Origin: an uncultured Nitrososphaeria archaeon
GTDB lineage: Archaea > Thermoproteota > Nitrososphaeria > JACIWG01
DNA length: 64,000 bases
Assembly: GCA_964448685.1 (NCBI GenBank)
Contig: CAYUWR010000011.1
Span: 87,074 to 151,073 of the forward strand
Direction: 5' to 3'
Shown here: piece after piece, positions 36,250-45,804 of the stretch
How the letters are laid out: each line of letters opens with the position of its first letter
Numbering within the stretch: position 1 is the first letter of the stretch
The notes under the pieces: model-generated
Seen by the model: only the letters and a program-made list of their open reading frames with translations
Told to the model about the DNA's origin: nothing
The model's database searches: none
Translations under genes and position numbers: made by a program

Positions 36250-36613
36250 GCTAAATTATGAAGAAGTCATCCGAAAAGTCAGAGCCTATGCTAGAGGATT
36301 GGTTGTGAAGAAGCTAGCGGAAACGGTTATCCTCATAGGCTCCTTAGCCAAAGGAAACTATAGCCCGTTTTCAGACATCGACCTGCTGATCATTGTAAAA
36401 GAGGCTAAAAGTAGGCCTATCGATAGAATCCCAGACTACATCAGCTCACAGTTACCTTTAGACGTTGAACCAAGAGTTCTTTCTGAGGAGGAGTTCTTGG
36501 ATCTGGCAAGGAAAAAAAGGAGGCTGATGAAGGAGGCTCTGGAAAATGGAATTCTGTTAGCAGGTGACAAAAACGTCCTATTTAAGGCGAAAAAGCTGAT
36601 GTACTCTGCCTGA
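36236..36613 (+). CDS. Nucleotidyltransferase domain protein (MNT-like partner of HEPN)
   Basis: It has the motif LIGSLAKGNYSPFSDIDLLIIV. I placed the start at GTG 36236, which overlaps the HEPN 3' end by 14 nt. The ORF track starts at 36185. Confidence 0.72.
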   Translation: MRVFRLNYEEVIRKVRAYARGLVVKKLAETVILIGSLAKGNYSPFSDIDLLIIVKEAKSRPIDRIPDYISSQLPLDVEPRVLSEEEFLDLARKKRRLMKEALENGILLAGDKNVLFKAKKLMYSA

Positions 36614-36832
36614 TGTTTGTTTCGTCGTCCCGATCGCTTTTGATTCGACCATTTTACATCACGTTATTAGAAAGAAGAAAAGAAAGAATGCAATTGACGG
36701 CTATGTCGCTCGGCGGTCATCGACATCTTTCCTATACCTAAATAGCAACGTGTCTCATGACGAGCATTGATCTATCGTCAACATTCCTCTAATGTTGCAT
36801 GCCGAAGATGGAAGTTGAGGCCTCGTTTTAAC

Positions 36833-38986
36833 TTAAGTTTCTCTCTTGCTGCGGACCACGACAAACGCCAAGACGACCACGAGGACGAGCGCAGTAACTC
36901 CCGCTAAAGCCATGTTATCTCTGAACTTTATTATCACTGGCGCAAACAGCAAGCTGACCAAGTTTATGACCTTGATCATGGGATTCAGGGCGGGTCCAGC
37001 GGTATCCTTCAGGGGGTCGCCGACCGTGTCTCCGATAACCGATGCTTTATGCTCCTCAGATCCCTTGCCACCATAATAACCGTCCTCTATCTTCTTCTTC
37101 GCGTTGTCCCATGCTGCACCAGTGTTCGCCATGAACACCGCCAAAAGTTGGCCTACAAGTATAACTCCTGCCAGGAAAGCGCCCAGCGCAAGTTCGCCAA
37201 GCAGCAGCCCCACGACGATCGGCGTAAGTATGCCCAGCAAGGCCAGTCCGATCAGTTCCCTTTGTGCAGCAGCTGTCACCAGCGACACCACTTTAGCGTA
37301 GTCCGGCTTGATTATCCCATCCATAACCCCAGGTCTCTTGAATTGGGATCTTACTTCTTCGATTATCTTCGACGCAGTCCTCCCAACCGCCCTTATCGAG
37401 ATCGAACTGAAGAGGAATGGCAATGCCCCTCCGATAAGCAGGCCTACAAACACGATCGGCTGCGCTATATCCAATGTCACCGTCAATCCTGCGCCGATCG
37501 ATTCCGCATAAGATGCAAAAAGGGAGATCGCGGCGATGACCGCAGACGCTATAGCTATCGCCTTCGTGACAGCCTTTGTCGTGTTGCCTGCAGCGTCCAG
37601 GTCAGCCAAAGCCTGCTTTGATTTCTCATCAGCCCCTGCCATTTCAGCAATTCCGCCAGCGTTGTCTGCGATTGGACCAAATGCGTCCATTGAGACGTTG
37701 TTTCCTGTGTGGGTTAACATGCCGATTCCCGCCAGCGCCACACCATACATCGCAAAGATAACTCCTGCACCTGTGAAGAAGATAACTGATGCGACAACCG
37801 TCGCTGCGATGACAATCAGCACCCAAACCGTGCTTTCGAACCCCAACGCAAGCCCATTCAACAAGAGGGGCGCCGCACCTGTCTGCGCTGACCTAGCTAT
37901 CTGATCAACCGGCCTCCTATGTGGGCTCGTGAAGTAGTCAGCTAACTTGTTGAAGCTTATCGCAAGAAGAATTCCAACTGCGGTAGCATAGAAGACTCTT
38001 AAGTCCCCCACATAGTATTGTGCAAGAAAGAAGAAGCTCACAGTCGAAATAACCGAAGACAGGTCGTATGATAGGTCCATGGCCTTGAAGGCGTTTCCCT
38101 TGGTGAGGCTTTCCGGCCACATCGAGACCGTATATGTTCCAGCTATTGTACTTATCACGCCTATCGCCCTAACCATCAGCGGGAAGACGATCCACCTGTA
38201 GTCGAAAGGCTTTATCGCAAGCCCAAGCAACATTGCAGAAACCATCGTCACTTCATAGGATTCGAAGATGTCGGCAGCCATCCCAGCACAGTCTCCCACA
38301 TTATCACCTACTAGGTCTGCTACAACAGCCGCGTTTCTCGGATCGTCTTCAGGTATCCCCTTCTCAACCTTCCCCACAAGGTCGGCGCCGACATCAGCGG
38401 CCTTCGTGTAGATTCCACCCCCAACCCTCATGAACAAGGCGAGCAGCGTGCCGCCGAAGCCGAACCCCAACAGAACCTCAGGCGCGTCCTTGAGGAAGAT
38501 TATGAATATGACCGTTCCACCCAGCAGGCCCAAACCATCCGTAAGCATACCAGTTACGGTACCAGACCTGTAGGAGATCCTTAGCGCATCCCGAAAACTG
38601 TCTCCTGCGACGTTGGCGGTCCTTATGTTGCCCTGCACAGCCATATTCATGCCCAAGAATCCTACCATCGCAGAAAACAGCGCTCCCATAAGGAAAGCCG
38701 ACGCCCTTCCCAAGGATATTGTGAAAGTCTGCCCCGCCAAATCTGCAGAGAAGTATAAGACAACAGCCAAGATGCCCACAAGAAGAAGTATCGACTTAAA
38801 CTGTCTTCTCAGGTAGGCGTTGGCACCCTCCTTTATCGCACCCCAGATATCCAGCATCTTTCCCGAGCCTTGAGGTTCACGGAGAACCTGTCTCGCCAGA
38901 AGTATAGCGTAGACCAGCGCGCCGAAAGCCACAATTATAATGCTCGAAAGAGCGGTTTGTTCAAATGGTGTTGGAACTTCTGCCAT
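36833..38986 (-). CDS. hppA: Membrane-bound proton-translocating inorganic pyrophosphatase
   Basis: The 717-aa polytopic protein has the V-PPase motifs GGIYTKAADVGADLVGKVE, DNVGDCAGM and GDTVGDPLKDTAGPALN. Confidence 0.92.
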   Translation of the reverse strand: MAEVPTPFEQTALSSIIIVAFGALVYAILLARQVLREPQGSGKMLDIWGAIKEGANAYLRRQFKSILLLVGILAVVLYFSADLAGQTFTISLGRASAFLMGALFSAMVGFLGMNMAVQGNIRTANVAGDSFRDALRISYRSGTVTGMLTDGLGLLGGTVIFIIFLKDAPEVLLGFGFGGTLLALFMRVGGGIYTKAADVGADLVGKVEKGIPEDDPRNAAVVADLVGDNVGDCAGMAADIFESYEVTMVSAMLLGLAIKPFDYRWIVFPLMVRAIGVISTIAGTYTVSMWPESLTKGNAFKAMDLSYDLSSVISTVSFFFLAQYYVGDLRVFYATAVGILLAISFNKLADYFTSPHRRPVDQIARSAQTGAAPLLLNGLALGFESTVWVLIVIAATVVASVIFFTGAGVIFAMYGVALAGIGMLTHTGNNVSMDAFGPIADNAGGIAEMAGADEKSKQALADLDAAGNTTKAVTKAIAIASAVIAAISLFASYAESIGAGLTVTLDIAQPIVFVGLLIGGALPFLFSSISIRAVGRTASKIIEEVRSQFKRPGVMDGIIKPDYAKVVSLVTAAAQRELIGLALLGILTPIVVGLLLGELALGAFLAGVILVGQLLAVFMANTGAAWDNAKKKIEDGYYGGKGSEEHKASVIGDTVGDPLKDTAGPALNPMIKVINLVSLLFAPVIIKFRDNMALAGVTALVLVVVLAFVVVRSKRET

Positions 38987-39158
38987 ACAACCACAGGCAA
39001 GCCTGCAAGAAGGGGATATTTATACGTATAACTACGACAACTTGGTCGTCAACATATACCATTTGCGTGATCAACGCACATTCACAGAAACACGGACATG
39101 ATAAGACGGTTGAACTGCAAAACCTTTTTTAGAAGTCGAAAGGCTAGCAAAACACAGG

Positions 39159-41717
39159 TTGCCCCTGATCAGATGCCCAATATGTAGAGAGGACATGATC
39201 GTCGACAGGGCCGAGAGCTCGAAGACAAAATTGTATTGTCCCAAATGCAATTACACATTCGACAGCGACGAAGGCAGAGTTGAGAAGGCCTACCTTAAGC
39301 TGCTTGTGGAATATGACAGGAAAGGGCTCAGCATAAAAGAGAAGTATAAACCTGTCGGAACAGAGGCCATAGCAAGAAGCCTCGAAGAAGTCAAGCAAGA
39401 AGTATCAAGACAGAAAATTGAATATGAATCGCTGAAGCCGGCTATAAAGAAAATACTCGGTGACAGAAAGGCATATCTTGTATCCTACAGGTTTCTACCT
39501 GAACAGATTCCAGAAGATGGGCCGAGGGTCACTGAAGTCTTAGACGGAAAGTATGGACTATGGATAGAATCCAACTTCTTCAGAAGATTCTTCAAGTTCC
39601 AGTCGACAGCGGTCAGCGAAATCTTGAAAGGCAAAAACGTTGTCTTGGTCGCGCCGACAGGAAGTGGAAAGACTGAAGCCTTCGCCATCCCAGCCTTCAT
39701 CAAAGCAAGAGAATATGCTGTAAAAACCGACTTCCATAATATTAGGGGACAAAAGACCTTCGCGCTCTTTGTTTATCCGACAAAAGCTCTCGCCAGAGAC
39801 CAGAAACCTCGCCTTGAGAGGTTGGCTGAGGGACTTGGGGTAACCGTCGCAGTCTTCGATGGAGACACAAAAAGGGCTGAGAGAGAAAGACTTTGCGATA
39901 ACCCCCCAGATGCCCTCATAACCAACTTCGACATAATCCACGTACACCTAGCACTGAACAGCAGATACTCTAGACTCTTCAAGACAGCCAAGATGATCGT
40001 TGTAGACGAAGTCCACAACTATATAGGAAGCTTTGGATCACACATACACTATATCATAAAGCGGCTTGAGAGGTTCACTGGACCTCTCCAGATAGTAGCT
40101 TCCTCGGCGACAGTATACAATCCAAGAGAGTTCTGTGAAAAGCTATTCGACAGAAGATTTGAGGTCGTAGAGGAAACAGAGGGAAGACACGGCGACACAC
40201 ACTTCATCATAGAGTATCCATCAATAGTGTCAGGTAGGGTGTATAGGACCCAAGCACTAAAGGAGATGACTCAAAATCACTACAAGGTCCTGGCTTTCTC
40301 GAACGGCCACATAGACGCAGAACTCCTTCTAAGGTATGCGAGGAAGGAAAGAATCAATGCTGAAATTCACAGAGCCGGATTACTGAGAGAATTCAGAGAA
40401 GACGTCGAGAGAAAGTTCAAAGAGGGAAAGATCGACGCAATAATAGCTACGCCGACACTCGAACTTGGAATAGACATAGGCCACGTTGACGCAATAATCT
40501 CCGACCTAGTCAACGTGACGAGACTAACACAGAGAGCTGGAAGAGCTGGCAGAAGAGGGCAAGAGAGCATAATCCTGCTCGTGCTTAGAGAAGACGATCC
40601 GATCAGCGGATACTACAGGAACCACCCTGACGACTACTATGCTGACGTGGCAGCATGCTATGTTGACCCATCGAATCCCATTGTGAGAGAACAGCAGATT
40701 CTCTCGGCAATATGTGACCGACCTATCGGATATGGCGAAGGATTATATGACGAAGAAGCAATCGAAAAGCTGGCAAAGGAAGGAAAAGCTGAAGTCGTCA
40801 GCCGAAGGGTCTATCCAACCAAGAAGGCGAGAAAGAGCGCCATAGAATCCAATATAAGAGGCTCGGGAAGAACGATAGAAATCTTCTGTGAAGGCAAGAG
40901 CATAGGATTCAGAGAAGCCGCCATAGGTATCAGCGAACTCCACCCCAACGCGGTGTACATGCATGGCGGAGACAACTATCTCAGCAGAGAACTCAAGTGT
41001 GTAGGTGAGAAATGGGTAGCGTATATGGAGAAGCTTCCTCGAGACCACCCATACTTTACAAAGTCTCTAGGCACCGTCATACCCACAGTCACAAGGGTTA
41101 ATGAGACGCGACAGGCATATGGGCTGAAGATATCCTTCTGCAACTTGACAATCAACAAGATCGTCTACGGCTACATACAGAACAAGATCGGAGAAGAGGG
41201 AAAAGGCAAGCAGTCCATGCTAGAAAACCCAATAGAGTACGAGTATGAGACCAAGGGTTTCGTCTTCAGAGCTCCACCGCCCTCGAGAATATTCGACGAA
41301 AAGACATGGGACAGACATCTTCTCGAAGAGGAAGTCCTCGCCGGAAGCTTCCACGCCACCGAACATGTCATGATCGAGGGGTCGAATATGATAACTGGAG
41401 GGGGAGCCGCTGACATGGGAGGTGTGTCGATGGGCACAACAGGAATGATATTTGTGTATGATGGAACAGAGGGAGGAAACGGCGCCTCCAAGCTACTCTA
41501 TGACAGACTCGAGGAAGCATTCAAGAGAGGAAAAAAGATCTTGGAAGAATGCCCATGCCAGAATGAAAGCGGATGCCCAAGATGCACCTATTCATATCAG
41601 TGCGGCAACAACAATAAGATACTTCACAAGCTAGGAGCCCTCGAAGTATTCGAGAAAGTGCTATCGAATGAGCAAAGTGAACCCGACTTCAGCCTAAGAG
41701 ACAAGACGATCGTATAA
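39159..41717 (+). CDS. DEXH-box helicase with N-terminal zinc ribbon and C-terminal DUF1998 (MrfA/YprA-like)
   Basis: It has an N-terminal zinc ribbon CPICRED...CPKCNY. The helicase motifs are motif I APTGSGKTEAF, motif II VVDEVH, motif III SSAT and motif VI QRAGRAGRRG. The C-terminal DUF1998 signature is HATEHV...GG...YD...GGNG...CPCQNESGCPRCTYSYQCGNNNKILHK. The start is TTG. Confidence 0.85.
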   Translation: MPLIRCPICREDMIVDRAESSKTKLYCPKCNYTFDSDEGRVEKAYLKLLVEYDRKGLSIKEKYKPVGTEAIARSLEEVKQEVSRQKIEYESLKPAIKKILGDRKAYLVSYRFLPEQIPEDGPRVTEVLDGKYGLWIESNFFRRFFKFQSTAVSEILKGKNVVLVAPTGSGKTEAFAIPAFIKAREYAVKTDFHNIRGQKTFALFVYPTKALARDQKPRLERLAEGLGVTVAVFDGDTKRAERERLCDNPPDALITNFDIIHVHLALNSRYSRLFKTAKMIVVDEVHNYIGSFGSHIHYIIKRLERFTGPLQIVASSATVYNPREFCEKLFDRRFEVVEETEGRHGDTHFIIEYPSIVSGRVYRTQALKEMTQNHYKVLAFSNGHIDAELLLRYARKERINAEIHRAGLLREFREDVERKFKEGKIDAIIATPTLELGIDIGHVDAIISDLVNVTRLTQRAGRAGRRGQESIILLVLREDDPISGYYRNHPDDYYADVAACYVDPSNPIVREQQILSAICDRPIGYGEGLYDEEAIEKLAKEGKAEVVSRRVYPTKKARKSAIESNIRGSGRTIEIFCEGKSIGFREAAIGISELHPNAVYMHGGDNYLSRELKCVGEKWVAYMEKLPRDHPYFTKSLGTVIPTVTRVNETRQAYGLKISFCNLTINKIVYGYIQNKIGEEGKGKQSMLENPIEYEYETKGFVFRAPPPSRIFDEKTWDRHLLEEEVLAGSFHATEHVMIEGSNMITGGGAADMGGVSMGTTGMIFVYDGTEGGNGASKLLYDRLEEAFKRGKKILEECPCQNESGCPRCTYSYQCGNNNKILHKLGALEVFEKVLSNEQSEPDFSLRDKTIV

Positions 41718-41825
41718 AAGCTTGTGGCAACAGACCACTTAGCTGAAGACTTCGATGCATCCATCTACTCCGCTTCCAGAAAACCCTTTAAATTGCAGCC
41801 TACAAACAAGTCTGCGAACAGAGAA

Positions 41826-43475
41826 ATGGAAACCGGAAACATCACATTACTCATCAAAGACGGAGAGGTCGTAGATGGAACAGGAAGACCAGCTTTCAAA
41901 GCGGACGTGCTTGTCACCAACCAAAAGATCACAGAAGTAGGAAAGATAGAGTCTTCAGCAGACAATGAGATCGACGCATATGGGTTGACAGTTTCTCCAG
42001 GATTCATAAACATACATGACCACTCAGACAGCACGCTACTGGCAGACGGCAGAGCAAAGAGCCTGATAATGCAGGGTGTCACGACGACCGTAATAGGCAA
42101 CTGCGGCTACAGCCTCGCGCCCACCGACGAGAGAACATTAGACCTCCTGGTTGGAAACTGGCTCTTTCCAATGGCGAAGGTCAAGATAAGCTGGAGAAGC
42201 TTCAGCGAATTTCTATCAGAGCTAGAGAAGAGAAGGCTTTGGATCAACGTGGCAGCACTGGTAGGACATGGCACGATCAGAATCGCGGTGCTGGGAATGG
42301 GGGACAGGAAACCCAGCGAGGGAGAACTTCGAAAGATGAAGAGGTTAACCTATGATGCGATGGCAGAAGGCTCATTCGGTCTCTCCTCTGGCCTAGCCTA
42401 CCCGCCTGGCTGCTACGCTTCAACAGAGGAGATCACACAATTATGCGAAGAGGTTGCGAAGTTCGATGGATTATATGCGACACATACGAGAAAGGAGGCT
42501 ATGGGTTTCCTAGATGGGATAAGGGAGGCGATAGAAATCTGTGAGAGGACAGGGGTTAGGCTTCAGATTTCACACATCGAAACCCATTATCCCTCATGGG
42601 GTGAACAGGATGAAGCCCTAGACCTCGTGAACTTCGCGAGAATAAGAGGGCTTGACGTAGGATGCGATGTCATACCCTACCTGTGGAGCGCCACCTCCCT
42701 CTACACGCTACTACCTAAATGGTCCTATGAGGGAGGACCAGAAGAGATGGTCAAGAGGATGGAGAACAGGGAGGTGAGACAGAAGATAAAGGCCGAAGTG
42801 CAACATGGAGGCCAAGAACTGGCAACAGCCGCGATGGCAAAGGATGGCCTATGGAACAGAATAAAGATACTATCGTGCCCAAGAGACAAGGACAAGGAAG
42901 GAAAGACAATAGAAGAGATCGCCTACGCACAAGACAAAGAACCGTTTGAGACAATATTTGACCTGCTTGCCCTAGGATCCCCCTTTCCGTCAATAATGGC
43001 TCAATCACATAAAGAAGAAGACATAAGAAAAGTGGTCAGATTCCAGCATTCGATAATAGAGTCAGACCTATACGCTGTGTCAGGAAACAGGACGAGCGCC
43101 TCCTTGACACAGCATCCAAGGGGCTTCGGAACCTACCCTCTAGTATTCAGAAAATATGTGAGGGGAGAAACTAGGGCGGAGCTGCCGGAGGAGCCGGGAG
43201 AGAAGATCCTCAGCCTAGAGGAGGCTGTGAGAAGGATCACATCTCTACCAGCCCAAAGACTAAGGCTTCCAGGTAGGGGAATAATCAGGGAAGGAATGTA
43301 CGCAGACATCGTGATATTTGACAAGAATCAAATAGAAGACAAGGCCACATACAGGAACCCCTACATCTATCCAGAAGGAATAGAATACGTTATTGTAAAC
43401 GGAAAAATCGCTGTCAGGCGAAGGAGGCTGGTCGACAGCGCCCCAGGAAAGATACTGAGAAGGGGATTCGAATAG
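41826..43475 (+). CDS. N-acyl-D-amino-acid deacylase (D-aminoacylase) family amidohydrolase
   Basis: It has an N-terminus LLIKDGEVVDGTG, the metal-binding motif PGFINIHDHSD, and a C-terminal beta-domain (ADIVIFD). I moved the start to ATG 41826. Confidence 0.75.
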   Translation: METGNITLLIKDGEVVDGTGRPAFKADVLVTNQKITEVGKIESSADNEIDAYGLTVSPGFINIHDHSDSTLLADGRAKSLIMQGVTTTVIGNCGYSLAPTDERTLDLLVGNWLFPMAKVKISWRSFSEFLSELEKRRLWINVAALVGHGTIRIAVLGMGDRKPSEGELRKMKRLTYDAMAEGSFGLSSGLAYPPGCYASTEEITQLCEEVAKFDGLYATHTRKEAMGFLDGIREAIEICERTGVRLQISHIETHYPSWGEQDEALDLVNFARIRGLDVGCDVIPYLWSATSLYTLLPKWSYEGGPEEMVKRMENREVRQKIKAEVQHGGQELATAAMAKDGLWNRIKILSCPRDKDKEGKTIEEIAYAQDKEPFETIFDLLALGSPFPSIMAQSHKEEDIRKVVRFQHSIIESDLYAVSGNRTSASLTQHPRGFGTYPLVFRKYVRGETRAELPEEPGEKILSLEEAVRRITSLPAQRLRLPGRGIIREGMYADIVIFDKNQIEDKATYRNPYIYPEGIEYVIVNGKIAVRRRRLVDSAPGKILRRGFE

Positions 43476-43689
43476 CAAGATACAGCCCAAACTCTCAACA
43501 ATGGCAGCCAGGCAGCACATTCGCCCTATAGCATCAAGGACAACCCTTGAATCGGTCGAGAATTCTGCTATCGACACCAGAAGCCTCGACAACATAATAA
43601 CCTAGAACAGGATATCATACAACCTAGGCTGACGCGTATAACGTTTAAGAACAAGAGACTACATTATTTCGTCGGCGAGGCAAGACGAG

Positions 43690-44376
43690 TTGAGTAGAAC
43701 GATAGAGCTTATGAAGGACAAGTTCACGCTGATATCGAGCCTTCACACCAATAGCCTCGAACTTGCCGTGGCATCTGAAGAGTCAGGAGCCGATGCCGTA
43801 GAATTGCACCTGAACATAGAGGATGCAGCCTCAGCCATCAGATTCGGCGGAATAGACCTTGAAGAGAACTCTGTGAGAGAGGTAATCGGCTCCGTCAAGG
43901 TCCCCGTCGGGGTTTGGATCGGAGACATGCCGATGGTAAGCAAGGAGGAATGGGAAAAGATCGTGGGATCCGGCGTAGACTACGTCAAGATGCTGGCGCA
44001 TCACATGCCATCATATGTGTACAATGATGATAGGGTAAAGAAGATCATTTCTGTCGGCAGCGGATATGTCCTAGAACAGGTTGAAATCCTCTCGCATGAT
44101 GGTAGAGTAAGCGCCATCGAAGCGTCGATCATGACACCTCAAGTCTTCAGACTTCCCCTAACCCTCTTCGACATATCAAACTATACACTAATCACTAGGC
44201 GATCGTCCAAACCGGTCATTGTGCCGTCACAGAAGTTCATAGAACCCAACGACCTCGCCGTCTTGAAGAGAATTGGAATCGGCGGCATCGTCACAAATTC
44301 GATCGTGACAGGAACCACACAGCTGAGCTATCGGGAAATCCTAGCAGAGTTCAGGAGAGCAGCCGACAGGCTGTAA
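43690..44376 (+). CDS. Hypothetical protein, probable (beta/alpha)8-barrel with C-terminal phosphate-binding-like GIGG...NS motif
   Basis: The 228-aa ORF has alternating beta/alpha character, with motifs GADAVELHL, VGVWIGD and RIGIGGIVTNSIVTG. I recognise no family with confidence. Confidence 0.4.
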   Translation: MSRTIELMKDKFTLISSLHTNSLELAVASEESGADAVELHLNIEDAASAIRFGGIDLEENSVREVIGSVKVPVGVWIGDMPMVSKEEWEKIVGSGVDYVKMLAHHMPSYVYNDDRVKKIISVGSGYVLEQVEILSHDGRVSAIEASIMTPQVFRLPLTLFDISNYTLITRRSSKPVIVPSQKFIEPNDLAVLKRIGIGGIVTNSIVTGTTQLSYREILAEFRRAADRL

Positions 44377-44484
44377 GCAAAACATGCGTCAGACCACAAC
44401 ATGCTCCTAATGCGAATGGTCGCAGGCCAAGAAGGCGCCGAGAAACTATATAAGATTACGTCAAGAAACAAGCCACGATTGCCT

Positions 44485-45804
44485 ATGACGAGAAAGGCCA
44501 TAATCCTCGGAGCAGCCGGAAGAGACTTCCATAACTTCAACGTCCACTTTAGAGGAAACAGAGAATATAGGGTAGTGGCCTTCACCGCAGCCCAAATACC
44601 ATATATCTCCAACAGGAAATATCCGCCCATCGCCTCTGGAAGAAGATACCCAAGAGGAATACCGATATACGACGAACAAAGACTGGAAGAGCTTATAAGA
44701 GAAAATGATGTCGACGACGTCTTCTTCTCCTACAGCGACGTTTCCCACGAGCATGTGATGCATCTGGCCTCCAAGGCCATGGCAGCCGGCGCCTCATTCC
44801 ATCTCCTCGGACCAAAAGACACCATGATTAGATCAAAGAAGACGGTCATCGCCGTCGTCGCGACAAGAACAGGGGCTGGAAAGAGCACAATTTCAAGGTA
44901 TGTTTCGTCAATCCTGAAGTCGGCTGGAAAGAGACCTATAATAGTGAGACATCCAATGCCCTATGGATCCCTGAATACACTTGTCCAAAGGTTTGAGCGA
45001 TACCAAGACCTAGAAAGGTATAGAGTGACAGTTGAAGAGAGAGAAGAATTTGAACAACACATCGACGCAGGCACCGTCGTCTACGCAGGAATCGACTACA
45101 GCAAGATCCTGAAGATGGCGGAGAAAGAAGGAGACATCATAGTCTGGGATGGAGGAAACAATGACTTCCCATTCTATCAGCCTGACCTCAGCATCTGTGT
45201 AGCCGACCCATTCAGGCTACATGACATACTATCAAGCTACCCAGGCGAAGTCAACTTCAGATCTGCTGATGTGATAGTGATAAACAAAGTCAATGCATCA
45301 TCAGCCGAAGAAGTTCAGAAAGTTGTAGAAATGGCTCGAGCCCAGAACCCGAGGGCGTTGATCGTCAAGACGTCGTCAGAGGCGAGACTTGACAAGCCTC
45401 AACTTGTGGAGGGAAAGAAGGTCTTAGTCATCGAAGATGGGCCGACCGTGACCCACGGCGGACTCTCCGAAGCTGCTGGCGCGTTCATTTCAAGAAGATA
45501 TGGTGCGACATTGGTGGATCCAAGAGATCAGGCAACGGGAACCATAAGGGAAGCATACATGAAGTTTCCACATATCGGTCCAGTGCTCCCGGCACTAGGA
45601 TACAGCCAACAGCAACTCTGCGATCTCGAGACAACGATCAAGAAGATATCATGTGATGCAATAGTATTGGGTACACCATGTGACCTTTCTCGAATCATAA
45701 AGATAAAGCAGCCCATCGCAAGAGTATGGTTCGAGGCGCGAGAACTTGAAGGGCAGAAGCTGAGAGAAAAGTTAAATAAGATTTTACGGCAGAAAACAAA
45801 GTGA
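44485..45804 (+). CDS. COG2403-family P-loop protein (databases annotate this family variously as predicted GTPase or as cyclic 2,3-diphosphoglycerate synthetase-like)
   Basis: It has the N-terminus KAIILGAAGRDFHNFNVHFR and the P-loop ATRTGAGKST. I placed the start at ATG 44485. Confidence 0.65.
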   Translation: MTRKAIILGAAGRDFHNFNVHFRGNREYRVVAFTAAQIPYISNRKYPPIASGRRYPRGIPIYDEQRLEELIRENDVDDVFFSYSDVSHEHVMHLASKAMAAGASFHLLGPKDTMIRSKKTVIAVVATRTGAGKSTISRYVSSILKSAGKRPIIVRHPMPYGSLNTLVQRFERYQDLERYRVTVEEREEFEQHIDAGTVVYAGIDYSKILKMAEKEGDIIVWDGGNNDFPFYQPDLSICVADPFRLHDILSSYPGEVNFRSADVIVINKVNASSAEEVQKVVEMARAQNPRALIVKTSSEARLDKPQLVEGKKVLVIEDGPTVTHGGLSEAAGAFISRRYGATLVDPRDQATGTIREAYMKFPHIGPVLPALGYSQQQLCDLETTIKKISCDAIVLGTPCDLSRIIKIKQPIARVWFEARELEGQKLREKLNKILRQKTK

